Below, piece after piece: positions 18,900-27,972 of a stretch of DNA of 64,000 nt (the stretch's first letter is position 1; each line of letters opens with the position of its first letter). The DNA is taken from the NCBI GenBank assembly GCA_021802105.1, contig JAKAAW010000002.1, positions 993 to 64,992 on the forward strand, given 5' to 3'. The notes under the pieces were generated by a model. That model ran no database searches and was not told where the DNA came from. It saw nothing but the letters and a program-made list of their open reading frames with translations. Both the position numbers and the translations under genes were made by a program. The stretch comes from Nanobdellota archaeon (GTDB lineage Archaea; Nanobdellota; Nanobdellia; Parvarchaeales; Parvarchaeaceae).

Positions 18900-20222
18900 A
18901 TGTCGGTGGGCGGAAGCGTTAATCTCAAGACAAGACACAGTTCTCATCTTAAATCTATATACCCGGGTGCGTTGTCCGGCTGGATAATGGACTCATTCGA
19001 TCTCAGCATGATGTTCCTATTGGTCCCAACACTCGCAGAGGTGTTTTTCCCGTCTAATTACGGTTTAGCTCTAATCGGAGTATGGAGCATTTACACTACG
19101 ACATTCGTTTTCAGACCGGTAGGAGGGCTTCTTTTCGGCAGGTTAGGAGATAAAATAGGTCGTAAAAGGGCTATGATAATAACTTTAACAGGCCTTGGAA
19201 TTATAATATTCGCTACAGGGTTCCTTCCCACTTATGCCGCAATAGGCATAGCTGCTCCAATACTTCTTTTCATATTCAGGATAATAACAGGTATATTCGG
19301 AGGCGGAGAGTACGGAAACAGCGCCTCTATAATCATGGAGTCAGTAAGGAACAGCAAGAGAGGGTTCTGGAGTGGCGCTATACAGTCTGGTTATCCTATA
19401 GGTTACACGCTTGCAGCAGTCCTTTTCCTAGGGCTTAATTTCTATTTTGGACATGCTATATTCTTTGTAAGCGGCTGGAGATGGATGTTCTACATAGGTA
19501 TAATCCCAGTCATCATAGGCCTTATTATACGTCTGAAAATGCCAGAATCGGCGCTTTGGTCGGATATCTACAAGAAATCAAAAGTAAGTCGTGCTCCTAT
19601 AAGGGAAGTGTTCAGGAACGCAATCATGAGGAGAGGAGTCCTCGAGGGTGTGTTGGCGATGACAGGTATAGCATGGGTATATGGCCTTACATTAGGGTTC
19701 TTTCCTACAATACTTTCGATTAACAACTTCATAGCTTTCCCTACATTCCTTTATATAGTCATAGCAGCGATACTTACGTCACTTGTGGGTTACTTCATAT
19801 CTGGAGCAGCAAGTGACCGTATTGGAAGAAGAAATACCATGATAGCGTTCTCACTGGCAGCCATGCTGTTCTCAGTGCCTTTCGCTTACATGACAATGAA
19901 CCATATGGGAGGAGTATATAGCATAGGTATCTTTGCTGCGGTAATAGCATTCTTTACAACGGGGATATATGGTGTAATACCTGCATTCCTCAGCGAGAAA
20001 TTCCCTACAAAAACTAGGAGTACTGGTGTTGGTATCGGTTTCAACGGCGGCTTCATACTAGGTAACTGGAGCACGGTTTTCCTGCTCCTTTTGACTACTA
20101 CTACAGCAGCCGCTTTCTTCGGATGGTGGGCATATTTCATAGTGATAGGAGAGGTCTTCATACTGGTGGCTGCAGTTATCTCCAAAGAGACGAAAGGGAT
20201 AGATCTGACAGAAATGAAGTAA
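18900..20222 (+). CDS. MFS transporter (metabolite:H+ symporter family)
   Basis: FRPVGG..FG..GDKIGRK, G...GGEY, MPES, SDRIGRR, E.FPT..RSTG. Confidence 0.88.
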   Translation: MSVGGSVNLKTRHSSHLKSIYPGALSGWIMDSFDLSMMFLLVPTLAEVFFPSNYGLALIGVWSIYTTTFVFRPVGGLLFGRLGDKIGRKRAMIITLTGLGIIIFATGFLPTYAAIGIAAPILLFIFRIITGIFGGGEYGNSASIIMESVRNSKRGFWSGAIQSGYPIGYTLAAVLFLGLNFYFGHAIFFVSGWRWMFYIGIIPVIIGLIIRLKMPESALWSDIYKKSKVSRAPIREVFRNAIMRRGVLEGVLAMTGIAWVYGLTLGFFPTILSINNFIAFPTFLYIVIAAILTSLVGYFISGAASDRIGRRNTMIAFSLAAMLFSVPFAYMTMNHMGGVYSIGIFAAVIAFFTTGIYGVIPAFLSEKFPTKTRSTGVGIGFNGGFILGNWSTVFLLLLTTTTAAAFFGWWAYFIVIGEVFILVAAVISKETKGIDLTEMK

Positions 20223-20593
20223 TCTTTTTATCCAGCTTTTCTATATACCACAGTTTTTATATGGATCCTTTGACATTTATAAGCACATATCTATTTTATT
20301 GATAGTCCAACTGTCAAAAGTAGGATAAGTAGGATAAATACTACTTAATAGGCACTAGGGAGACTTTTCTCAACAATTAATTTAATGTTATTTTAACATT
20401 ATTTAGTGCTATAATTAATATGTTAATATATCAATATTAGTATAATTAGTTTGAAGTAAATTATTGCTATTTAATTAATAATAATACAAACAATACTTAT
20501 ACTTTTATACTAAAGTTTATATTATTATAGAAACTATATATATGTTAATATAGAACAGCTAAAAAATAAATAGAAACAACTACTAACACTGGT

Positions 20594-21013
20594 ATGGATA
20601 AAAGAAATCATAGACGTAACGGTTACAAGAATTCCCCCGAGTTCGGTGATTGGCGCCATGGTCCGTTCAGGATGGTCTTTTCTTTCTTATGGGTGATGTT
20701 TTTTGTTCTTGTTTTCCTGTCTATGATAGCGCTGGTTCTTAATTATATAATTGGAATACCAATTAGCTGGCTGGGAAATGCTTGGGGAGCATGGGGTGGA
20801 ATCTGGATATTTTTATTGATATTATTCTTTTTTATGAGGCCATGGGGCTGGATGTACTACTGGAAGTATAATGACCCGCGAATATGGAGGCGTCAGGGGT
20901 ATGGTGACCATTTTGATGACTATGCTCTTTATATAGCAAGAAAACGTCTAGCGCATGGCGAGATTACAGTTGAACAGTATAGGAAGATCGTCAATGAGCT
21001 AAAAAGAAAGTAA
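20594..21013 (+). CDS. Membrane protein with C-terminal SHOCT domain
   Basis: Two Trp/Gly-rich TM helices; A..RLA.GEIT.EQY. Confidence 0.75.
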   Translation: MDKRNHRRNGYKNSPEFGDWRHGPFRMVFSFLWVMFFVLVFLSMIALVLNYIIGIPISWLGNAWGAWGGIWIFLLILFFFMRPWGWMYYWKYNDPRIWRRQGYGDHFDDYALYIARKRLAHGEITVEQYRKIVNELKRK

Positions 21014-21264
21014 AATTACGTATACATATGGTGTTCTTTGCAATTGATAAAGTACCAGCGCTTCCGCAGCTTATGGACTGATGACGCAGTGCAGCAATGT
21101 TCTAGTGCATATCATCTCAGAGTGTTCGGCGTTCAGATCCAGACTTTATTGCTAAAAAACACAGCTTTGATTATTATGATATTATAACATAAGTATTGTT
21201 ATTCAATTTTTATCCCTTTTTTCCACTCACAAACTTTAAATATTATAACCACTTATAACTTGTT

Positions 21265-21699
21265 ATGGCGACTACAATACAGATAAGCGACGAGGTTAAG
21301 GAAAAGTTAGAAGGACTGAAAATCCACAAAAGACAACCGTTTAATGAAGTTCTTTTAGAGTTAATAAGGGACAAAGAGGCTGGTAAAAACACAGAAGAAA
21401 GGCAAAAGCAGGTGGTAAACAGCCTTGAAGAGATTAAAAAATTAGCCGCTCCTATATTAAGGAACCACAGGATAAAGAAAGCCGCCGTATTCGGGTCATT
21501 TGCAAGGGGCGATTTTGATGATAAAAGTGATGTAGATATATTAATAGAGCGGCCGGATAAATTCTCTTTATTTGATTTAGCTGGCCTACATCTTGACTTA
21601 GAAGGAGCATTGGGTAGGAAGGTGGATATAGTTATATACAATAGTGTAAATCCTCTGATAAAAGGTAGGGTAATGAAAGAAAAAAAGGACATAATATGA
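21265..21699 (+). CDS. MntA-type minimal nucleotidyltransferase antitoxin fused to N-terminal RHH-like domain
   Basis: GSx10DxD (GSFARGDFDDKSDVD), LGRKVD; N-terminal TTIQIS.EVKEKL. Confidence 0.85.
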   Translation: MATTIQISDEVKEKLEGLKIHKRQPFNEVLLELIRDKEAGKNTEERQKQVVNSLEEIKKLAAPILRNHRIKKAAVFGSFARGDFDDKSDVDILIERPDKFSLFDLAGLHLDLEGALGRKVDIVIYNSVNPLIKGRVMKEKKDII

Positions 21700-22037
21700 G
21701 AGAAGGGCAGGATAAGGTGCTATTAACTGATATTTTATCAGCAATCGAGTGGATTAAAAATCACACGAAAGGAATCAACGAAGAAGAATTTAAGAAAAAT
21801 GATGTTTTGGTGTATGCGGTAATAAAGAATATGGAAATAATTGGTGAAGCGTCATCGAGTCTTTCGGAGTATACTATAAATAAAAATCAACAAATTGAAT
21901 GGCAGAAGATAAAGGACATGAGAAATGTACTTGTGCATGCCTATTCTAAGATTAATTTAGAAACACTTTGGGATACCATAATAAATGATCTGCCTAGATT
22001 AAAAGATCAGATAAGACATATCAAGAAAAATGAATAA
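21696..22037 (+). CDS. HepT (DUF86/HEPN) RNase toxin
   Basis: EIIGEA, W..I..MRNVLVHAY (Rx4HxY); ATGA overlap with the MNT gene. Confidence 0.88.
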   Translation: MREGQDKVLLTDILSAIEWIKNHTKGINEEEFKKNDVLVYAVIKNMEIIGEASSSLSEYTINKNQQIEWQKIKDMRNVLVHAYSKINLETLWDTIINDLPRLKDQIRHIKKNE

Positions 22038-22080
22038 TTATTCTTTTGAGAGGAACCTATAGTTTCGCTAATTATTTAGA

Positions 22081-22314
22081 GAGTTAAAAGTAAAAATCGA
22101 TATTATTAGTTATGGCCTATGAACCGACGAAGGATCGCATAATGAAAGGGACGTAAGCCACTTTATGGATAAAAATTCAAAAGATGATAAGGAGTTAATT
22201 AGGCACATGATTAATCTAATAATATATCAATACTTCAGAATAAACGCAAAAGAGATATGGAATATTGTATGGAAGGACTTACTTCAACTCGAGAAGAAAC
22301 TTAAGCAATCTTAA
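22081..22314 (+). pseudogene. Decayed second MNT-HepT module (internally deleted HepT, ORF 22165-22314)
   Basis: KVKIDIISY...KDRIMK resembles an MNT C-terminus; MDKNSKDDKELIRHMINLIIYQYFRINAKEIWNIVWKDLLQLEKKL resembles HepT N- and C-termini joined together. Confidence 0.55.
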
Positions 22315-22450
22315 TAGTTTCAGTTCTCCTAACATATCGTAGAATTTACATCAAACTTGAAAAGTAAAATTTAGTTAAAAACTGGTTCTATAAGCTATAA
22401 TTTGGTGGTATACCGCTAAACTTAAATAATCAAACTAATCAATATGCTTT

Positions 22451-22939
22451 ATGACTGAAAAGATAGACTGGAAAGAGCTTGATAAATTCATAAGAAAATG
22501 CCTGAAAGTAATGACATCTGTAAACAGTATGAAAGCATTTATAGCCAAAAGAGACGGATCAAAGACAAGATTTTACAAGTGGCGAAAGTGGAGATACCAT
22601 GACAATTTCATAACCAGAAACGGATATGTTGCTGGCCAGGGCATACTTTATTATGACAAAAGACCGGTATTTTCAGCGGTTTACTACTATTCCTTTGCTG
22701 AAGATGCGGGCTTAAAACTGCTAAAATTCTTAGGGGAAGCAGTACTCGATAGCTATGATTACTTTTCAAAAAACCCTTCAAAAACGAAATTCTGTTTTAA
22801 AAACAAACAATTTGAATACTCAAGAACCATGAAAAAGGCTAATGAGATGGATACTTTAACATCTGAAAACAGCGTAAAAATCAAGGAAAAAGGCAAAACT
22901 GTTTACTTTGCAAAGGATATAAGCGGATACTTAATTTAG
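22451..22939 (+). CDS. DUF5680-like protein
   Basis: Y.D.F...GQ..LYY...PVFS..YY, FL.EA and FEY patterns. Confidence 0.5.
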   Translation: MTEKIDWKELDKFIRKCLKVMTSVNSMKAFIAKRDGSKTRFYKWRKWRYHDNFITRNGYVAGQGILYYDKRPVFSAVYYYSFAEDAGLKLLKFLGEAVLDSYDYFSKNPSKTKFCFKNKQFEYSRTMKKANEMDTLTSENSVKIKEKGKTVYFAKDISGYLI

Positions 22940-23001
22940 AAGAGAAAACTATAAATAGTATATAAGTTTATATAATAATATTAATAAGTATTATAACAGT
23001 T

Positions 23002-23274
23002 ATGACAAAGAATGTAAATGAGGTATTGCATTACCCCAGACTTGATACAGTATTGATGGTTGAGGAGGCGATAAAAAATGCTAAAGAGTACTCCTCAAAA
23101 AGACAACTTTGGCTTTCATTGAAGAAAAAGGTCATGTATCAAACTTTTAACATAGTTATAGATTATTTGGTAGAGTCAAACAAAGTGGTCATCGATAAGG
23201 AAGGCAAGGTTATTTGGATATGGGATCCAGAAGGCGTAAAAAAGTATATGAAAGAGGGAGTAATAATACGATGA
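23002..23274 (+). CDS. Small putative DNA-binding protein / antitoxin
   Basis: HYPRLDTVLMVE, QLW..L.KK.MYQTF...IDYL; ATGA-coupled to the downstream RelE-like gene. Confidence 0.55.
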   Translation: MTKNVNEVLHYPRLDTVLMVEEAIKNAKEYSSKRQLWLSLKKKVMYQTFNIVIDYLVESNKVVIDKEGKVIWIWDPEGVKKYMKEGVIIR

Positions 23275-23597
23275 GGCAAATAAATGTGGTTCTAGTTGAT
23301 AAAAAACTTGAAAATTTATTGAATAAAGCTAAAAATGATGAACCGCAAGTTTATAAATTTCTAAATCGGGCATTTGATGACTTAAAGAAAGATCCAACCT
23401 GCGGTATACAGATACCAAAAAATTTGATACCTAAATATTATATACAAAGGTATGGTATAGATAATTTGTGGAAATATAACCTGCCAAATGCCTGGCGTCT
23501 GATGTACTCAATAAAAGGATCCGATATTTCTATTCTTACAGTGGTTTTAGAATGGTTACCACATAAGGAATACGATAGAAGATTCGGATACTTATAA
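23271..23597 (+). CDS. RelE/ParE-superfamily-like toxin
   Basis: LKKDP..G..I, NLWKY.L...WRL.Y.I, terminal H.EY.R.FGY; ATG at 23271. Confidence 0.6.
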   Translation: MRQINVVLVDKKLENLLNKAKNDEPQVYKFLNRAFDDLKKDPTCGIQIPKNLIPKYYIQRYGIDNLWKYNLPNAWRLMYSIKGSDISILTVVLEWLPHKEYDRRFGYL

Positions 23598-23885
23598 TAA
23601 GGATTTCATAATTTAAGTCATGGGTAAGTATCTTTCTCCTTTTGGGAGAAAAGGGAAGCACTTGATTTCGTTATTTTACGATTTACCCATCAAAGGTATC
23701 CTGCGACGAATGATGGGGATCAAACGCCACTTAAGTATAATTCTATGGCTTTTCGTATGTTTTTTATGTGTTTTTTAGCGATTTTGAGGCCTCGATTTCT
23801 ACCCTTACAGGGTATCCAGATTACACTTAAAGACTAATTGAGATGGGAAAAACTACTAAATTTGCTGTTTTTACTTCAATTATAT

Positions 23886-24359
23886 CTATTTATTAACCAT
23901 CTTTTGGGCTTTTCTAATCAAAGCTTCACCCCAGTCCCCATACCCACTTACCGAGTATTCCTCTACATTTAAATTGCCGTCTCTAGTTTTTTCAACATCG
24001 AATACTAATCGGTAATCCGGACCTGGCTGACCTAAACTTATTTTCAGGTGAGGAGAACCGCAATTATAATAACTAAGCTGAAGTGGATAGCTATAAGCCT
24101 TATCCTTACTCACAAGAAAATATTTAATGGAATATACAGCAGCCCGTCCATTACTAAGAGAGAATACCTCCCCTTTACCTTTTTCAATGCCTTTATTCAG
24201 CAAAACTATTGCGCTCTCATATAAATTTAAGATATTTGACCGAATTTTAATTGTTTCCATACGCAGTATTTCATCCAATTTTTCTTCTTTTTTCCGTATA
24301 TGGTCATCTTCTTTTTTCTCTATATAGCCACCACGCTCTTTAGTATCCAAAGCTCCCAT
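23886..24359 (-). CDS. Hypothetical protein
   Basis: 157-aa ORF with upstream TATA-like and GAAGGT Shine-Dalgarno-like motifs. Confidence 0.55.
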   Translation of the reverse strand: MGALDTKERGGYIEKKEDDHIRKKEEKLDEILRMETIKIRSNILNLYESAIVLLNKGIEKGKGEVFSLSNGRAAVYSIKYFLVSKDKAYSYPLQLSYYNCGSPHLKISLGQPGPDYRLVFDVEKTRDGNLNVEEYSVSGYGDWGEALIRKAQKMVNK

Positions 24360-24456
24360 AATTTATACCTTCTACTCACTACTATTCAATACTATAGAAA
24401 ATAAGTTATATAAATACTTGTTTTTATGGTTATGGGTACACTTACAGCTAAAATGC

Positions 24457-24978
24457 CTATTTTTTGACTATTTTTACGCCCTTTTTATGCCACATGCTCC
24501 TGCTCTTTTTAATCAGGTTCTCAGTCGTACTCTCCATCCAAATCGAATCGATATACTTGCCTTTTATTTTTAGAACATTTTTTATCAGCCCAGCTCTCTT
24601 TCCACCGCAGTTCTCGAAAAGGGCAATTGAAGCTTTGTTGTCAGGGGTGGTGCTGATAAGCGTTATCTTTATACCTTTATTTAGTGCCGTCTGAGCTGTT
24701 TGGAACATCATAAAGTAGGACAAGCCACTGCCTCTGAACTTCTTTGATACAAAATAGCCGATTTCGCCGACATGTCTGCTGTAATAATTCCCATGAACAG
24801 TTGTTGGGCGGCGAATGTTGTAGTTGGCTATATTCTTAGAATCGTAATAAGCGCTTAGTATATAGTTGTTAAGTGAATATCTTGTTGTTTCTTTGCCGGT
24901 AACTAGTTTGTATAAGGGTTTCTCGCTCTCTACTCTGCTTATACTTACCACTCTGCCGTCCTTCAGCTGAATCAACAT
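24457..24978 (-). CDS. GNAT acetyltransferase (RimJ/RimL-like)
   Basis: EIGYFV...FRG.GL, N.ASI.LFE.CG, G.YID...M. Confidence 0.8.
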   Translation of the reverse strand: MLIQLKDGRVVSISRVESEKPLYKLVTGKETTRYSLNNYILSAYYDSKNIANYNIRRPTTVHGNYYSRHVGEIGYFVSKKFRGSGLSYFMMFQTAQTALNKGIKITLISTTPDNKASIALFENCGGKRAGLIKNVLKIKGKYIDSIWMESTTENLIKKSRSMWHKKGVKIVKK

Positions 24979-25388
24979 ACTTAAGTTAAGCAGTTTTGGC
25001 TATTAAGTTTGTCTATGTGCATGCTAAAAACGCCATCCTTAGTGCCTTTTAGCTAGTCTTCTTCATCCATATAACATTCGGATAGTTAGAAGACTAACTA
25101 AAATCACGGAAAATACTAAAATTACCTTCTTATAGTCATAGTTTTCTTACAAATAGATTTAGTTTCATTTTTTATATTTTATTATTTTATCTAATATATT
25201 AATATTAATTATTTAGGTATAATATCATTAATAGTACATTCTAAAAATAAGTAATATTATCATATTATATAATACTATTTTTATATTTTAATTAGCAATA
25301 ATTTTATGTTAAGTTATAATCAGCCAGTGAAAATATGGATAAAATCGCATCGATTTGCTAGAAGTATAAATCTATATATCAAAGTAAC

Positions 25389-25408
25389 TAAAGGTATTTA
25401 TACCTTTA
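25389..25408. promoter_or_regulatory. Inverted-repeat operator upstream of the RHH-MNT/HepT module
   Basis: TAAAGGTAT-tt-ATACCTTTA, 9-bp perfect arms, 15 nt before ATG 25424. Confidence 0.55.
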
Positions 25409-25423
25409 TAACCTTATATCTGT

Positions 25424-25930
25424 ATGGCACAGATGAAAAGCTATATCCCGAACGACATAGATAAAAAGCTAAGGATCCAAGCGATGGTAAGATTCGGTTA
25501 CGGCAGGGGATCCATAAGTAAGGCTGTGGAAGAGGCGTTAATGCAGTGGTTAAAGAAGGAGGCAGTAATAAATGATGTGATACAGAGGATAATTGAACAC
25601 GGGAAGGAGGATAAAAACATAACTGCGATAATACTATTTGGAAGCTATGCAAGAAAGGAGCCTGGCTTCAATGACGTTGACGTGGGTTTTTTGGTGAAAA
25701 TCAGCGAAGAATTCGATATATTAAAATACATCAATCTGCTTGAGGGCGAAGCTGCAAATCTTTTTCAGATGACGGTCATAAACAGTTTCCCAGAATGGAC
25801 ACAGGTACATATAATCGACGAGGGAGTGCTCCTGCAGGTGAATGACAGGAGCGAATTATATGGCTATACTTCCAAGCTTATACGCAATTTTTCTGACAAC
25901 GCACATATAGCGGCGCTGCTTAGAAGCTGA
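25424..25930 (+). CDS. RHH-fused minimal nucleotidyltransferase antitoxin
   Basis: N-terminal ...AM.RFGYGRGSISKAVEEAL..W; LFGSYAR.....DVDV. Confidence 0.8.
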   Translation: MAQMKSYIPNDIDKKLRIQAMVRFGYGRGSISKAVEEALMQWLKKEAVINDVIQRIIEHGKEDKNITAIILFGSYARKEPGFNDVDVGFLVKISEEFDILKYINLLEGEAANLFQMTVINSFPEWTQVHIIDEGVLLQVNDRSELYGYTSKLIRNFSDNAHIAALLRS

Positions 25931-25932
25931 TT

Positions 25933-26364
25933 ATGGAATACGATATGCGTGACAGGATAATCGATAAACTAAATGAGATAGATGTACATTTAAACCGGAT
26001 AAAAAGTATACGTGTAAATAGTTTTGAAGATTACAAAAACGCGGACCCGAATATAAAGTATTCAACGGAGAGGAACCTGCAGCTGATAAGCGACGCAGAG
26101 CTGGACGTAGTTGTCCTAATGTACAAAAAATTCGGCAGGGACGTAGCAGGGGGCCTGCCATCGATGATAAAATCGTTAAAATCCGTGTTGAGCAGTAGCC
26201 TGCTTGGATATTTTGATAAACGGAGGGAACTTAGGAACAGATTGGTGCATGTATATAAGGAATTTTCATTCGATAAGGAAGTCTTTGAATCCAGCAGGGA
26301 CACAGCAGATATTGAAGCGTTTGTGCAGGAAATTAAAAAAATAATAGACAGGGATTGGACTTAA
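25933..26364 (+). CDS. HepT (DUF86/HEPN) RNase toxin
   Basis: ERNLQL, RNRLVHVY (Rx4HxY). Confidence 0.82.
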   Translation: MEYDMRDRIIDKLNEIDVHLNRIKSIRVNSFEDYKNADPNIKYSTERNLQLISDAELDVVVLMYKKFGRDVAGGLPSMIKSLKSVLSSSLLGYFDKRRELRNRLVHVYKEFSFDKEVFESSRDTADIEAFVQEIKKIIDRDWT

Positions 26365-26553
26365 AGCTGCGGGACTAGAGTTTTATATCTGGCTCCTCAG
26401 CATTTTGCACGGATGATCTTTGTCTTGCTATTTGTTTCCTAGACTCATATCTCTTTATTTTCGGATCGGCCAGCGCAATTAGACGCCATATGCAAAGGCA
26501 TATGCACCCTATAACAAGTAATTATGTACACCCTGTGAAATGTGGCAGATTTA

Positions 26554-26575
26554 TATATGATAAAAATATCATATA
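26554..26575. promoter_or_regulatory. Putative ArsR/SmtB operator of the mer operon
   Basis: TATATGATA-aaaa-TATCATATA perfect 9-bp inverted repeat overlapping the TATA region, 4 nt before ATG 26580. Confidence 0.65.
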
Positions 26576-26579
26576 ATCA

Positions 26580-27101
26580 ATGATTCGAGACATAAAGAAA
26601 GTTATATCTTTGAGAGTATACGCATTCCTTTTTTCTATCCTTTTTACCTCAATATTTATTATTTACTTCTACCTACTGGAGAGCTCTGCAACTGGTATAA
26701 TGGACTTTAAATCATACTATATCTACTTTGATATATTGTCTGCGCTCATAATTTCATTTTTAGTGGGCTTAGTTATAACGCTCAACGTCTATTCTTATAG
26801 GTTAAAAACTAAGACAAGCAAAAAGCTGACTTTAAGCTCAATAATAGGTGCAATACTACCAAGCAGTCTATGTTGTACCAGCGTGATACCTTCATTGATG
26901 GCAGCGCTTGGGTTTTCAACATCTTTTATAGTCGGAAACACCGGAAAATTGCAGTCATTTTTTTCCTTGTATAGCCCGGGATTTATTGTGGCAGGGGCTG
27001 CAATAGCATTTTTTGGGCTTGTTCAGGTAACAAAAAATATAAACGCAAATTGTAGAATAACCAAAAATTCAAAGAATGATCGTTGCGAGGTTAAGGAATG
27101 A
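26580..27101 (+). CDS. Membrane protein with intramembrane Cys-Cys pair (MerT/MerF-like)
   Basis: 4 TM helices; SSLCCTSVIP..MAALG; two further Cys in the C-terminal tail; first gene of the merA operon. Confidence 0.55.
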   Translation: MIRDIKKVISLRVYAFLFSILFTSIFIIYFYLLESSATGIMDFKSYYIYFDILSALIISFLVGLVITLNVYSYRLKTKTSKKLTLSSIIGAILPSSLCCTSVIPSLMAALGFSTSFIVGNTGKLQSFFSLYSPGFIVAGAAIAFFGLVQVTKNINANCRITKNSKNDRCEVKE

Positions 27102-27652
27102 AAATCAGAATAAAATACTTGTTGTATATCGCCGTTTTGGTAATCGCCATGTTTATATTGTTGAATTTTTTAGTGCTGAACAATGCAAAATCCGGTGAGT
27201 ATCTCTCAGTAGGGGAAACCGCCCCAAATTACACCTTTCAACTTGCTAATGGCAGCACACAAAGCCTAAGCAGCTACAGTGGGAAACCGCTTATTTTATG
27301 GTTTGTAGCTACATGGTGCAGCAGTTGCGCACAGGGCAACACTGCAGTAGCAGAGAATCTTGGTTTCTTCAAAGAGCATAACGTCAAGATTGTAGAGCTG
27401 GAGCAGTACAATGACCTTGGAAGTGCAGGAATGTCAATCTCTAAGTTTATTTCTGAATACGGAAATAACAACACTTATATAACTGGGGGAATTGCAAGCT
27501 ACAACATGACACTGGCTTATAACACTCCTCCAAGTTTACAGCTTGACATATATTATCTGATAAGCCCGAATGGAAAGATACTAAATATAGGAGAAGGAAT
27601 CGCTGGCGGGATAGGAAATCTGGAGAATACAATATTAAAAGATGGCCTATGA
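27098..27652 (+). CDS. Membrane-anchored TlpA/redoxin-family thioredoxin-fold protein
   Basis: N-terminal TM helix, VGE.AP.YT, L..Y.GKP.ILWF.ATWCSSC. Confidence 0.8.
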   Translation: MKIRIKYLLYIAVLVIAMFILLNFLVLNNAKSGEYLSVGETAPNYTFQLANGSTQSLSSYSGKPLILWFVATWCSSCAQGNTAVAENLGFFKEHNVKIVELEQYNDLGSAGMSISKFISEYGNNNTYITGGIASYNMTLAYNTPPSLQLDIYYLISPNGKILNIGEGIAGGIGNLENTILKDGL

Positions 27653-27972
27653 AAAAAGCAACTGATTTTTTCTTTGACGCATTAGCAAACAAAAACAGAT
27701 TCAATATACTTATGCATCTCAGAAATAAAGAGATATGTGCAGGTGAGCTTCAAAAGAATCTTGGGATAGGACAGACTAACCTGTCGCATGACTTGAAATG
27801 CCTGCTTAATTGTGGGTTTATAATCATGAGGAAGGACGGGAGAAAAAGAGTTTACAAGATAAACACTGAAACAAAGGGATTAGTAGATGAAGTGGCAAAG
27901 CACGTTAAAATTTATGAAAGGTATTTGAAGAAATGTGGTATACTAAAGGAGGAAAAAAATGGAAGAATATGA
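27649..27972 (+). CDS. ArsR/SmtB-family transcriptional regulator
   Basis: FDALA...R..IL, C..EL, Q..LSHDL.CL..CG, K.GR.R.Y. Confidence 0.88.
   Translation: MKKATDFFFDALANKNRFNILMHLRNKEICAGELQKNLGIGQTNLSHDLKCLLNCGFIIMRKDGRKRVYKINTETKGLVDEVAKHVKIYERYLKKCGILKEEKNGRI

Noticed and set aside
21070..21145. CTGATGA as a hammerhead or C/D-box core
   Set aside because: No correctly placed GAAA with stems, and no downstream CTGA D box.
21182..21209. dif-like ATAA-N6-TTAT site
   Set aside because: Expected by chance in very AT-rich DNA; no convincing second copy.
20351..25046. GGCACTAGGGA / TCCTTAGTGCC possible terminal inverted repeats
   Set aside because: Only 10/11 identity and no flanking target duplication.
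25140..25340. AT-rich tract plus CCAGTGAAAAT as a replication origin
   Set aside because: Single weak ORB-like match, no orc1/cdc6 nearby, and located within an accessory island.
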